Source: Vicugna vicugna | Taxonomy: Eukaryota | Length of the DNA: 64,000 nucleotides | Assembly: GCA_013265495.1 (NCBI GenBank) | Contig: MU058009.1 | Span: 1,676,001 to 1,740,000, forward strand | Direction: 5' to 3' | In this document: positions 35,101 through 48,563 of the stretch, one piece after another | Position numbering within the stretch: the stretch's first letter is position 1 | Layout: each line of letters starts with the position of its first letter | Translations under genes and position numbers: made by a program | The notes under the pieces: generated by a model | Seen by the model: only the letters and a program-made list of their open reading frames with translations | Told to the model about the DNA's origin: nothing | Databases searched by the model: none

Positions 35101-38100
35101 TCACATCACTCTCCAAGATTGAAATTCTAGTACTTTAACCTTGACTCCAAGAACCATTCTTCCATCTATTCCCTTTTCCAAGTAATTATTATCTCTTTTT
35201 AATCCCAAAGTAATATATGTTTATTGTTTAAAACTAAATAAATATGGGAAAAGAAAAAACAGAAGATTAAATTTACCTATAACCACCCCCCATCCAGAGA
35301 TAGTCAGTAATAACATTTCCATGGGTGATTTCTTTCCAGTCCATGTGGGTAGGTACTTCTATTTCATATAAAATAAATCATATTGCACATGCTATTTTGG
35401 CCTATTTTTTCTTATTGATAAATCTTAACCTACTTTTAATTAATTAATCATTAAATGGTTGCTTTACAGCATTTTGTTAATGCTGCCAGGCACGCTCACA
35501 TGTATTCCTAAAAAGTCTAGACGTTCAGGGTTGGGGCTGAGCCTTCATTTTATATCAACTCTTCTGGCAGTGGAAAGGATCCCAGGGATTCAAATCCTAG
35601 TTCTCCTAACTGGTCCTAAGTTTGGGGCAAAGGTCTCTGGGCATTGGCTTTCTCATCTCTGAAGTAAGAGATCACAGAGTTGATTTCTAGAAAGTCCAAG
35701 AGGAGGCCTTCTGATGCTTAAATCGCACAATGCACAGTTTAACTCCTCCTCGTTGCCTATTATGCAGCCTCCATATGAGAAGGATTTCCCCTTTCCCTTC
35801 ATCATTTGGTTGGCTTTCCTTTCAGTTTTCCATTTCCGTTCCCTTGAAACAATGAAATGCAATGCCTTTGATCTGTTCATCAGAAGGTGGGCGGTTGGCT
35901 TCTTCCCTGCTTCGGCACACTCGGCCGGCACCCGTCTCCAGCTGTGATGTGCAAGGTCTGTCCTGAGCCCCAAGCACAAGGCAGGTACTTCTGTAAGCGC
36001 TCCTGCCACGGGGCTCATCCAGCTCCGTGCCCTGAGGTAGAAATCAACTCCCAGGGCTTAAAGTAAGCCTCTGCCTTCTCCAAGTCTCCAGCCAAAGAGA
36101 GACTATGAGAAAATGTAAAAGGCACATTCATTTTCTTTGGACCAGAAACAGAAACATTAATCTCTTCTTTTAAAGGGGCCAGTAAGGATTTTGTGTTCCA
36201 CATCAAAGAAAAGTTAGGAAGAGACAATGTTTTTCCACTGTGGGCCAATGAAGTTGGAAGAGGGACTCCATTCGGCCATGATTCAGGATCTAAAGGCATT
36301 CCTGAGGTCTGATACAGTAGTTCATAGAAAGGTGCTCCAGGTTTCCTGAATTCCACATACAGTCCTGCACAACTGCGTTCTTAAGGTGTTCCTGAAAGAA
36401 AGGACGCCCCCCTCACACTCCCTGCCTTCTCGGGTCTAACCAAGCTACTCGTGTAACTGGCCCAGGACCGAAAAAGATCAAGAGGTTGAGTACAGGTTTG
36501 AATTTTATCTCTGCGTGTTTCTGGAGTCTGTCAATGTGGGTATCTTAAGAAGAGCCAACATCTCACCACTGTCTTCCGTTAGCACCTCCATGGAGAAGAT
36601 CTGAAGAAGCATCTGATTTTTTGCTTTTATTGTGAATTCCATTGAGACTTGTGATACTGGTGTGAAATAGGAGCAGAGTGAGGAATAGTCCTGGGACTCA
36701 TCATCATCTCAGGAGGTGCTGATGTTCCCACGCATCAGCAAGCAAGTTTCCAAAGAATGGCAGCATCAGATCCTGAGCGTCTTCTGAGACTTTTCCATCC
36801 TTGTCCGTGTTACTAAACACAGCGATAACACTCATTGAACTGGGCACCACCTCTCACGTCTCTGATGCTCCTAGTGGGTCTTTTCTCATTGAGATGCTGA
36901 AAAATAAAATGAGATAATAGAGCGAGAAAATGCTTTGAACGTGAAATGCTTTGCATATGAAAGGGGCTGGAGATTTTGTTTAGGATAGCTCAGATGAATC
37001 CTGCCTTGTCTTACTGCAGCAGACTGTTACAATATTCATTGTTGGAACTGAAATTGCCTCATAATAGACGAGTGTCACCGAACTTGGATCGGTAGATAAA
37101 CATTACGGGGAGGCATATTTCAGATCAAGATGATGAAGTGCTTTTGAGCATTTAGAGAGCTTTTGAACATGTGGAGCCGTTCAAAAAAGAAATGAGTGCC
37201 TGGAAAAGCACTGGATCTGTCGAAATAGAGCTGTAGGACCAACCGGCAGGGGTGCTGGAGCGAAGTTTCTTTCCCTGGATCAGACGGCAGACACCTGGGG
37301 TTCCATCCAGCTCTGAGAACCCGTGATTCCACTCTTAACAATGGTCTCTGCTGCTATTTTTAAATATGTAAAGGGCTGTCATGTACAAGAGGAGGTGTTT
37401 TATTTCAAAAGCATCCAACTAGACCTAGTTGATAGAAGTTACAGGAAGGTAAGCCTTGGCACGACAGAGGAGCCACATCCAAACATTTGCAACTGCTATA
37501 CGATTAATTGTTTCTCAGTCAAGTAGATTCAACGATGGAAGGAAGAGCAATCTGACCAAAGCTAACCCACCAGCATTGGACTACAAACTCCTGGTGTTTA
37601 ATCCAGTGCTGGGTTCTCTGTCTTATATGCCTCCCCCAATCCAAGGCCACACATACTGGGCAAATCTATATCTTAAAAATCAAAGGAAAGCCATGTATTA
37701 GTGACATGTGCTGAGAGTCCTCCTCTGGTCCTGCTACCATATGACTTCTCTTTTTCTTAGACTCTGTTTTTCAGGGGGAATAATTAAGTTAATATGTCTG
37801 TGCTACTCTGAGACCTACAGAAACTAGAATGAATTGAATAAAAACTCTTCTTTATTCTTTTATGACTAAAATATATATTTTATTGTTAATTAAACATACA
37901 TCAATTTTATTCTCAATTCCTAGCTTCAAAATAAATTAGAAACTTTAATATACACAGCTGATATTAAGTATTAGGCATCTAAAACCCTTTTATTCAGTAT
38001 TAGTGGGTAGAGTTAATACAGTGTGACTGCACATATATATTATATTGCATGTAAATACACGTATGCAGTATACTGCACATTTTTAAAATTTACATATGTG

Positions 38101-38967
38101 TACAGATCATTGTTTCTGAGGACAGATTAGAGCTTCAGCTTTTTAAACTTGCACAGTTATTAAAGGAATAAAGCCAACCACAACATAAGAATCAACGGAA
38201 TGTGGTAATCCAATCATAGAGGATGAAGGACTTAACTATGATAAAAAAAACGAATGCAAACACTGTAACTTTGATGACACTACAAGGTGAAGAGTATGTG
38301 AAAAGGTGGAGAGAAACATGGGAGCGCTCAGTTCCTCATTTCACAGGGATGAGAGCAGAGGTGTCTGCAGATGACAAATCAAGAAATAAAAAATTAAGGT
38401 GTATTATTCAAAGATACAATGACAGCTAAGAGAAAACTAAAAACTAAACTGTCACTTACAGCTTGGGAAGCCGATGAGATTGGTTGTAGAGTACGTGAGA
38501 CAACGTGTTTTAAGGTTTATATGGTCATTGGTATGGTTTAAGGTAATTAAATCAAGAAATAGCAGTAGAAGTGTATTACACATAAGATGGAATTAACTAC
38601 CAAAAAACTAAAAATATAAGCAGTAGTCACCTCCTGGGACTGTGACCGGCTATGGGATGAGAATGTGGCCTTTCACATTTTATTTCATAATAATCTGTTC
38701 AGTCGGACTTTTCATTATCACATGAATATATTATTGTTACACTTAAAAACCTCTGCCTTTTAAAAGAGGAGACCATTTGTATTGGACGGTGCTGGCTCAT
38801 AACCATTTCCTCTATGATGTTTGGTGTGTCAGGATGAGAAAAATCTGACCAAGCAAATTCCAAAAATAAAAATTTGGCTTAATTTTTTTCTGATGTGGTG
38901 TACAAGGAAGCTACCTTTGGAATGCCTGTAGAATTTGGAATCAAAAGAAATAGTAATCCTAGAAAAA

Positions 38968-38970
38968 AAA

Positions 38971-39005
<35 letters not shown>

Positions 39006-39097
39006 NNNNNNNNNNNNNNNNNNNNNNNNNNNNNNNNTTGAAGTGATTAGTTATAATGTGTCAGTTTCTGGTATACAGCATCATGTCTCTGTCATGG
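38968..39097 (-). mobile_element. Tiny L1 3' end with (TA)n-converted tail, containing an assembly gap (N at 39006-39037)
   Basis: ttgaagtgattagttataatgtgtcagtttctggtatacagcat is the reverse complement of the same L1 terminus seen at ~8785-8835. TSD cctagaaaaa occurs at 38958-38967 and 39098-39107. Confidence 0.7.
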
Positions 39098-40666
39098 CCT
39101 AGAAAAATCTTTTAATAAATTTCTATGCCTCCATCTTCCCACCCTTCAATGGGGTCCTAGCCCATCATATTTCACTCCTTTATTCAAGATCCCAAGGAGA
39201 TGAGCGTGTAACTCCTCAGCTATAGGAAACCCTGCCAGTGTTTTTCTCAGATGACATGAGTCAGGAGTGGTGGAGAAGAGCAGGGAAGTTCTTAGGAACT
39301 TCAGGCATGCAAATGAACATCTCAATCCTTTCAATTACTAGTCTTGATTTCTACATCAACAGCTCCAAGCTCCCTGTGGCAGAATCAACGTTCTGCATGA
39401 AGATCTTCTGAGGAAGCTTCTGACTTACTGACCACCCTGCAGCCATCCACCCACACAGCTCATGGCACACCTGGGAAAAACACGTCAGTGATGGGTGGAG
39501 AGCTTCCTTCACAGGAACCTGCAGCCAGTCGCATCCTGCTTTCTCAAAACCCTGAATTGCAAGCATCTGTCAGCAGACACTGGGTAACAACAGCACCCAT
39601 CCCACTGCCCTGGGCTCTGAGAGGACTCCCACCCCGCCCCACTCACAGGCATGGCTCTCCTCTCTCCTAAACAAAGGGCTCTCCAGTTCCTCTCCCCAGA
39701 GCTGTGGCGTTTCCACGGGGTGCACTGGGTTAGGGATGGGGGCAGACAGGAAATACACAGAAAGTAGGAAACAAAAATGATTTGTGCAAGCCCTCATCTG
39801 GGAGGCCTGCATTCCTGGTCGCCTGCATTTATGATATTAAGGGGAAATGACAATCAGGCAGTCCATGAGTTAGTATGAATCAGATCTTTGTTTCTTGGCA
39901 AACCCCGCCTGCAAAGCTGAGTTCAAGGTTCCCACTGACTTGCAGCAACAATTTTCTAGAAATGACTTTAAACTGCGCCCGATGCCCATTCTCCTCCCTC
40001 CAGACCAGAAAGAGTAAGACAAGGTGACTACACAGCTGGATGTCCTGTGGCTTATGAAAGGAGCCACCTCCACGCAGTGCCTATGTGCTCCCCCCAAAGC
40101 TGGGAACAAGGTAAGAAATGGGTCCCCCCGAGGGACTAGGGAGCAGGGAAAGAGACCCAGCAGGAGTCGTTATTCTCCTGGCTCCGCCAGACGCTACCCA
40201 CATCCCTGGGCTGGATGCTGCCTCTGAAGCCCAACCTGCCCTCCCCAATCACCCTGCAGCCAAAAGTAGCTCAAGGAGGCGGCCAGAAAATTCTCCAGTC
40301 CAGGCAAAAGGAAGAGACAAGACCATGGGGTTGAAAGAGGGAGGGCGAATCGCTTCATTCATGTGTTGATTCCTTTCCAAGTTCAAAAAGCTTGGACTGT
40401 TCATTCATGTGTCCTTTTCATTCATTTGGGAGGCAAGTCGTATCTTCTCCAGCTGATAAACAATGACATCACAGCTCAGACCCGATTCAGATCGTAGTCA
40501 GTTTGCACAGATAGGACCGAACTCCGTTCCTTGACCTTCCTGTTTTAGGGTCCTTTTTCCCCAGGTCACATTACCAGCAGATGTCATCATCCGACCAGCA
40601 GGCAAATACTTGGCAACAGAAATTTGAGCCATTTGACCAGAAGCTAGGGTTTGAGGGGATGTTTGC

Positions 40667-40691
40667 TAGAGAGAGAGAGAGAGAGAGAGAG
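40667..40691. repeat. (GA)n microsatellite
   Basis: Direct reading of the sequence. Confidence 0.95.
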
Positions 40692-41809
40692 GAGGCTTGT
40701 CTTCCCCACACAGAGCTGGGGAACTGGGTCTCACATCGAGCGAGCCCCAGCTCTATGGCGACTTTCACTTTTACAGTCAGTGATGCCCAGGTTCCATTCA
40801 GATCTTCTGCTTTGCTGAAACCCTGCCACCTAAAAGAAAAAAAGAGAAGGTGTTCTTTAAACTATGTGTTTTCCTGCAGACCTGAAATAGAGTTCCAAGG
40901 GGTGTGCTTTTATAGTATTATTATGTTTTATTTGTTTTTGTTACTTATCCCCACTGGTTGTTGAGTCAGCTACACATCCTGGAACAGGTGGGCTCAAGTC
41001 TCTCCCATTTTAATGTTAATTTCTACATGAACAGAATAAACATGAATGCCTTGATATCTCGTTTTCCTGCGCTGATGGAAATTAAAGTCCCACCTTTCTC
41101 ACACCGGACATCTCGCTGTTTTGATGATCCTGCGCTATTAACATGGCAGCAGTCACAGCAGGTCGCCGTGGAAAGACCCATTAGCTCATCCAACCCCATC
41201 TCTCTGCCAGGACAGGATACAGGCCCTAAAAATGCTTCCTGGTCTAATGGCTGCTTAGGGGTTTATTTATCCGAGGTTACAGCAAACACGGCTGCAAAAA
41301 ACAGGAAATAGAGTCTCACCTCAGTTAATTATGATTCTGGTTATAACAATGCAGCAGGCAAAGCTCACACCCCCACACGAGGCCGCTGGGACCTCATCCC
41401 TGATCAGGGAGCCGAAGCCACAGATCTGACCACCCTCATCAGACCTTGGGAGTGTTGCAGAGTTTCACCTCCCGTCAGATGGGTGCCCGATCAGAAATAA
41501 AGAAAATTATGTCAGCTTGTGAAGTTCTGAAATTGGTCCTCATTCACTGAGCTCCGTAAGGGGGTAAATCGGTTGTCCCGTTTGCCTCTGATTGTGGCCA
41601 ACACATGAATGCTCAACAAAATTCTAATTAATGAAGACTGAGTGAAAAGGAGTGACAGTTTCTCAGGAGTGAGGGGAAGGAAGCAGTACAGGAGGGCTCT
41701 GGGTTCGTGAGAGTAAGGGAGCCTGGGTGAGTAATGTCTCAGCTCCAACTCAAGAAGCATCTTCCCTGCTGATAACCGTTCGGTTGACGGTAACAGCTGG
41801 CGCTCGGCA

Positions 41810-42000
41810 CGTACTCATTCCTTACCAGCATCATCTCCGAGCTGAACATTGGACATGCGTTATCTCACTTAATAATCTTTCAGGGAGGCTGTTTTATTAT
41901 TCCTGTTTTGCTGAAAGAAAAATAAATGAGGATGAATAATTTGTCTAAGGTCACATTACAAATAAATATGAATTTAAATTCAAGTTAGTCAGATTCTTCA
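41810..42000 (-). mobile_element. MIR SINE
   Basis: Contains ttatctcacttaataatc...aataatttgtctaaggtcaca. Confidence 0.55.
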
Positions 42001-45000
42001 GCCCATATTATGGACCACAATATTCTCCTGCCTTTCCGCTGTTGGTCTATTTTTGGAGAAGCAGTGCTTTCAGAGAAGAGAGGTGAGGGGCAAGGTCATC
42101 GCTGTTATTCATCAGGTAGTTCTAACTCTGCCCTCACTTCTGAGGGGTACTAGTCCTCTAGCCAATATAAAGTTTCTCAAAAGTCTAACCAGATGTACGC
42201 ACCTATAAATACAGAGTACGAAGAACAGTAAAATGTGATTCCAAAGCCCTGGATTCTAGCCCAGATCTCCCAGTGAGTCCTAGGAAGCCTGGGGCGGGGG
42301 GTGTCTTAAGCTCTCCAGGCCTCAGTTTCTGCAAAGGAAACCAGAGTGGTGCGCTGGTGGGTCCCTCCAGAGCCCTCCCAGCATTAAAACCTCAGTGTTT
42401 TTAGGGCCCTTGGCCAAGCTGTAGTGGGGACTCTGAGCTGGGGAAGGATGCTTGTTCTGAGTCATCGCTGTTGCAGAAGCAACAGAAGGAAGTGTCTCCT
42501 TCCCGGACAGCCAAGGCGAACGGTGTAAGCAAGAAGATGCCCAAAGAACAGAAGGTGTGCGGAGGGGCTGAGTGAGAGCCGGCCAGCCTGCTGGGGGGAG
42601 GTCAGAACTGCGGAGGCCCTTAGCTGAAGAAAGAGTCCTTGGAGCCCAGCTGATGACGCAAGTGATGGTGACTCTCCACGCGTGGTCCTCACACTCTTGT
42701 GAGAAACCTGCTACCAAGTGGGCTTAGCAGGATCAGCTCATCCAGACCACAACGGTGTGCCTGGTATTTTCTATGAACATAAAAGATAAAGTCAGATCTG
42801 TTCTTAAAGCTTGTCATTTATCAGGGACTCGAGGAGGAAGAGGGCCTAAGTTTGTACTGGAGGCCAGCACAGGGTGAGATGAGGGAAGAGCTGGGTACCA
42901 AATCTGATCTTCTCCGAGAAGCCCCTCACCTCCAAAGTGTGTATGGCTGCTCTTTCTGTTTGAACGTCCCATCATCCAGGGCATTTTTCGCAGTTCGGAG
43001 CCTTCTCCTTTGCTTCCTTGGGTCCTGAAACACTGTCTGAATCCTCCTGCTCCGTCCCTGTGGTTTGGCAGGATACACTGTTTTATACCAAGGCATCACG
43101 GTCTTTGACGATCTGATCTGTGGTCCAGGTTCCCCAACTACATGCAAAGCTCTGAGGGCAGAATCGGAGCTTTGTTCCGCAGTCCCTAACCTAAAGTTAA
43201 GCATGTCTAATTCATTCACCAAATACAGATCACAGTCCTTCCCCAATCTGGGCGCACGGTAGACTCTCACTTCCCTGCACCCTTGACATTGGGAGTGGCC
43301 TTTTGGACTTGCTTTCATGAATGAAATTCGAAGCCCTTCTGACAGAAACTTGGAGAACCTGGGAAGAGTTTCAACCATTCTGTTTTTCTCTCGGGCACAT
43401 GTCAAGTGACAGCTGCCACGCAGCCTGGGGCCCAGAGTGACTTGGATGCCATTGAACAAAGCACTTACTGACCTGCGAGGAGGAGGGCTTGAAGCGCTGA
43501 GGTTCGGCGCCTGTCACCACCGTGTAACCTAGCATGGCCGGACCGGTACAGACATGCTCGACAAGTAGTCCCTGAGTTCTGCACCAATGGTTCAATCGCA
43601 ACAGATACGGAGGAGGTGAACAGAGAAGGTTGGCCGTGCCCTGGGAAAAAGTTGCCTCTACTGGAAAAGACTTGGCCAGCTCGCTCTAATAAGCTGTTTT
43701 CTCCTTTCTAGAAAAGCGCCACTCAGAGCCACTGACGTCTCGTGTCTTTCTGCGTGTCTTCCACTTGAGGCCACTTTACCTTAGGAGGGAAGGTCTCTGT
43801 CCTTCCCAGCAGAATTTAAAAATCAGAATAAGAAATGTCAGAAGGTGTCCTAGAAAATGGCAGAGAACTTTGGGGAGAGTTAGAAATCGCGAGATGGTTG
43901 GAGACAGTGCACAGAGGTTGGAACGGGCAGGTTCCACGGAGAGATGGCTGCCCGGGGACCTCAGTGGGAAGCCAGACCTGAGATCCACGGGGAAGCCTTT
44001 CGGAGCGTGGCCTCTGGTGGCAGCCAAACTGACCTTGAATTCCTGCATTTCATTCGCCCACTGCACGACTCTGGGCGAGTTTTCGTCCACCTCTCTCCCC
44101 ACTCAGGTCTCCACATTTGGAAAACGGGGGTCAGACTAGAATTCAGTTCTGAGGGGTACGGAAGACATGGAAGATAATGTTCTTCAGTAATAAGGAAAAA
44201 ATTTTTATATTATGTGCTTTTTAAAAGTCTTTAAAAAAGATCAGTGAGATCACTTTCTAGTGCACTTAGCACAGTAACTACAACACGGTAAATGTTCAGG
44301 GGAAAAGAAAGATAGCTCTAAGGAAATGAACGGGTATGGAAACATTCACCAAGGGTCCTGGAACACGAACGGGAGCTCTGCCCGGGTCCAGCTTCCAGGA
44401 AACTCGAACACTCCTGCCCAGAGCCCAGTGACGTGGCCGCTGGCCCTCATACCAACAATGGTGATGCTTTTTCCAGATACAGCAGAACTTACCAGAATCT
44501 CTGCCAGTGAAAAGTGCTCTCTGGAAAGTGCTCGATAAAGTCTTGAGACACCAGAGAAACCGTGATGGACGTGGGGTCAGATGAAGGGAGAACCTCATTT
44601 CCCGCCCCCCTGGGCTGAGTTCTAGGACCTTCCAGAAAGTGAGAGGCCACTGGCCTTTGTTCTGCTCACCTGACTTTGAGACTCTGGCCAGAGGCCTCAG
44701 GACAAGTGAGAACATGGCAGGTCATTTGGTCATCTTCATCTGGGGAGGCCACACTTGTCCTCTTGTTCCAGCTGGAAGTGGCCCCAGAAAAAGTAGAAAA
44801 GAGAAGTTTGCTTTTAGTTTCCCCATCTCCCTCTTCTGTGCTCTGTCCCTCACAGGGGACCTCCCCTGGGCCCAGGCATCCGAGGCTTTTACACCCTCCC
44901 CTGTAGAGTTGGAAAAGACAAAAATTTGGAATTAAATGTCTGAAGCACAGTGCTCCGCATCATCTCTTCTACTCTTTGTCCCAAAGCCTCAGTTTCCTGG

Positions 45001-45174
45001 AAATCATAATAACCCCCTCAAGGTATAACAATTAATCGATTACGCTATAGTAGTAACAGATTTTAGTGTGAACAGCAGAGACCCAAAATGATTCATTTCT
45101 GCTCCTGAAGGTGAAGTCAAACCTTGTCAACTGGATACAATTCCCTAACCTGTTCACGCCGTGTATCCGCCATC

Positions 45175-45300
45175 AGTCCTTTCACTCGAGAAACGTTTAT
45201 TCCGTGCCTCTTATTGAATGAAACAGCGCTGGATGCCGAGGACAAAAAGATAATTAAGACAGAGTCCCCAGCCTCGTCGAGCTTGCAGCCTAAGAAAGGA
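45175..45300 (-). mobile_element. L2 3' end fragment
   Basis: ttcactcgagaaacgtttattccgtgcct...gctggatgccgaggacaaaaagataattaagacagagtcccc follows the recalled reverse-complement L2 terminus. Confidence 0.6.
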
Positions 45301-46189
45301 GCCGGATACGGAAATAGATTGTAAAGCAAGGAAGTAAACTCAGTGCCTGAAATCCAGCCAGCGCATCACAGAGGAGGCAGAGCAACCCACCCCGGAGAGT
45401 TCAGGGAAGGCTTCCTGGGGGAGGAAGCACCTGCTTGAGTGTGAACGATGGCTTAGCGCAAAATAGAGAAAAGAGGCAGAAGGGAAAGGAAAGCAGGGGT
45501 GGGATGAGAGGAGAAAAGGTTAAGTCAGGCAAAGGGAGGCAAGAAAGCGAAGCGGGCGAAGAAAAAGGCATTTCCGTGTTGCTGTCAAGTAGGAGGTGGG
45601 GGATCGTGAAAAGAAGAGATGTGCCTTGTACCCAGTAAACCTTCATTTTAGAAAGGAAGCTCTAAAACGCACCCCTCCTTCCTGGAGCCACCTCCACATT
45701 GCATCCTCCATCGGCTCCCAGGTACATGTAATTCATGGTGAAAACAGAAGAAGAAATAAAATGTGATCATCTAAATGTTCCAAGCTTCCTCCACCTCTCT
45801 CTCCCCTCCCCTCTGTCTCCCGTTTTTGTTCCTTTTGTGAGACCCAAACCCCAATGGTAGGAAGCATTAGTCTAAAAATAGCCCCTCAAAGACCCAGTTT
45901 TTTTCTGCGTTTCATAAAACATCTGCTGAACAGTTTCCTATAACTGTTTTTGGCCATTAAATCAAAGCCGGGAGAAACAATGTTCTGTTTCTGCCTTTAA
46001 AGAAAAGAACCGCCGTCAGGCCTTCCTCTCAGACCCCGACGACAATGGGGCCAGAAATAGCCGTGGGAGGCTTTGAAACACCTTAAGGCCCGCGTCCAAG
46101 CAGAGACTTACTGGGGTCTTGTTTTTTCTTTTGAAAGTGGCTGTTCGGCTCCCAAGAGCAGAAAAGAAACCCGGATACGAAAAGCCTCA

Positions 46190-47180
46190 TGGGAGAGTTA
46201 CAGCGCCCATGCAAATCGCCACCTGCAGCGGCGGGCCGGCGAGGTGTGTGCGGAGGCCCGCAAGGGCCTGGCCCGGGCTGGCAGGCGCAGGCCCGCGGGG
46301 AGCGGAGGCGGGGCGGCCGGCGTCTGACGCGGGGTGGGCTCGCCTCTGTGCTCTGTCTGAGGACCTGGGGGGCTCCCGCTCGGGGGAGCGCCGACGTGGA
46401 AGTTGCCTGGTCCAGACACAAGGTCTAAAGACCCAGTGGGTGCTGTCAGGCCTGGCTGGCGCAGGGTCCCGGGCAAGACCTCTCACCTCCCTGACCCCGG
46501 GCCCCTGGGAGGGGCAGCCACCCTCCCGTGAACAAGCACTGGTGCAAAAGCCGCTGGGCCTGGCAGCCACGGCCGACGGAGGGGAAGAGGCGGCCTCCCC
46601 GGCGGCCCCGCCGCAGGCCGCCAGTGTGGGCGCTGCTGGCGGGCTGCTGGGGCACCTCTGGGTCTGGCCGTGGGCCCGGCGCGAGGGGCTCGCCTTCCCG
46701 GTCTTTCGGGGTCGGGGGGTCAGGACACCCTGCCTTGGCCAGGCAGGGGCCCCACGTTCTCCCCACTGGCTTCTGGAGAGCCTCCCATGTGCTCCCTCCT
46801 CAGCTGCGCCCCTCCTGTAGGAAAGAGTGGCGCATCCTTGTGGGACGCAGATGTGAGCGACACACCTGCTGTGGCGGGAAGGAAGGGGGACCGTTGGGCC
46901 CCCTCAGCTGTGCCCACGGTGGGCTCGCACGCGGGCCGAGGGCAGCTGCTCGCACTGGGCGGCGGGACCTGCAGGGTGGATCCTACAGTTGGAGGCGGCT
47001 CAGGCGGCCACGTGTCCCCTCAACACTCCCAGACTCCCAAGGCCGTGCGCCCTGGGTCCAAAGGGACTTTTAGCCCTTTGTGTCCTGGGAAGCCATGGGC
47101 TTGGCAGGGCTGAGAGGGCAGCGGGCAGTCGTGGCTCCTCACAGTCCAGGGCGTCCGGGCCTCCAGAGGAGGTTTCTTGA
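46190..47180. promoter_or_regulatory. CpG-island-like segment (left flank of the CA-rich array)
   Basis: GC content is visibly very high with many CG dinucleotides (e.g. gcggcgggccggcg, ggcggggcggccggcg); not quantified. Confidence 0.7.
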
Positions 47181-47326
47181 GAAAGAAACCTGAAGGATGG
47201 AGAAGGACTGGTCTCTTCTGGAAGCGTTTACTGTCACCGGGAAACCAGAGCACCAGCCACAGATGGCCTCCACACAGGGGGTGCTGCTGCCTGTGCAGTG
47301 CGGCCGGGAGAAGGCGCACAGATCCC

Positions 47327-48563
47327 CACACACACACACAAATATACACACACACACACACACACACACCACACAACACACACACCACACACACCACATG
47401 CATACACACACCACACACACATACACAAAGCACACATAACGTACACAAAATACACATACATACACACATACAACATGCACACACACAACGCACAAAACAC
47501 ACACACCCCACACATATACACATACCACAAAAAACACACCACACACAGACACACACCACACACAGACACACACCACACACAACATACACACAACACACAT
47601 ACATATGCACAACATTCACACACTTACACACACATGCACACACACATACACACAACATTGACACACTTACACACACACCACAAACATACAACACACAACA
47701 TACACAACACACATAACATACACACAACACACACATACAATACCACACACATACACACAATATTCACACACATACATACACACATACACACAACATACAC
47801 ACAGATACACACATACACACACCACAAACATAAACACAACACACACCATACACACAACACACATATACACACAACACACACACAACATTCACACACGTAT
47901 ACACACAAATACACACAACACACACACAACACACATACATACACATACACACACCACACACACATACACACACATATACACACATACACACACCACAAAC
48001 ATACACACAACACACAACATACACACAACACACACAACATAAACACGTACACACACCACACTCATACACACACCACGAACATACTTGCAAATACACACAA
48101 ACACTCAACACACAGTCACACCATACACACAACACACACACAACATTCACACACGTATACACACAAATACACAAACCACACACACATACACACACATATA
48201 CACACACACACAACATTCACACACTTACACACACATGCACACACACATACACACATACACACAACATTCACACACTTACACACACACCACAAACATAAAC
48301 ACAACACACAACATACACACAACACACACACAACATTCACACACGTATACACACAAATACACACACCACACACACAACACACACATACATACACATACAC
48401 ACACCACACACACATACACACACATATACACACATACACACAACGCACATATACACATACCACACACATACACACACCACACACAACATAAACACATACA
48501 CACACCACACTCATACACACACCACGAACATACTTGCAAATACACACAAACACTCAACACACA
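47327..48563. repeat. Complex CA-rich low-complexity tandem array (~1.24 kb) with internal higher-order duplication
   Basis: The plus strand is almost free of G, with recurring units cacacaacattcacacac and acacatacacacaccac. A ~65-bp block is repeated at a 449-bp offset. Confidence 0.97.

Noticed and set aside
42926..43459. 177-aa minus-strand ORF
   Set aside because: It has a non-ATG start, no similarity I recognise and no supporting splice pattern. A blastp or PhyloCSF check would settle it.
46073..47180. Overlapping Gly/Ala/Pro/Arg-rich ORFs (e.g. 46119-46820, 233 aa)
   Set aside because: Stop codons are depleted in GC-rich DNA. There is no recognisable domain or consistent exon structure.
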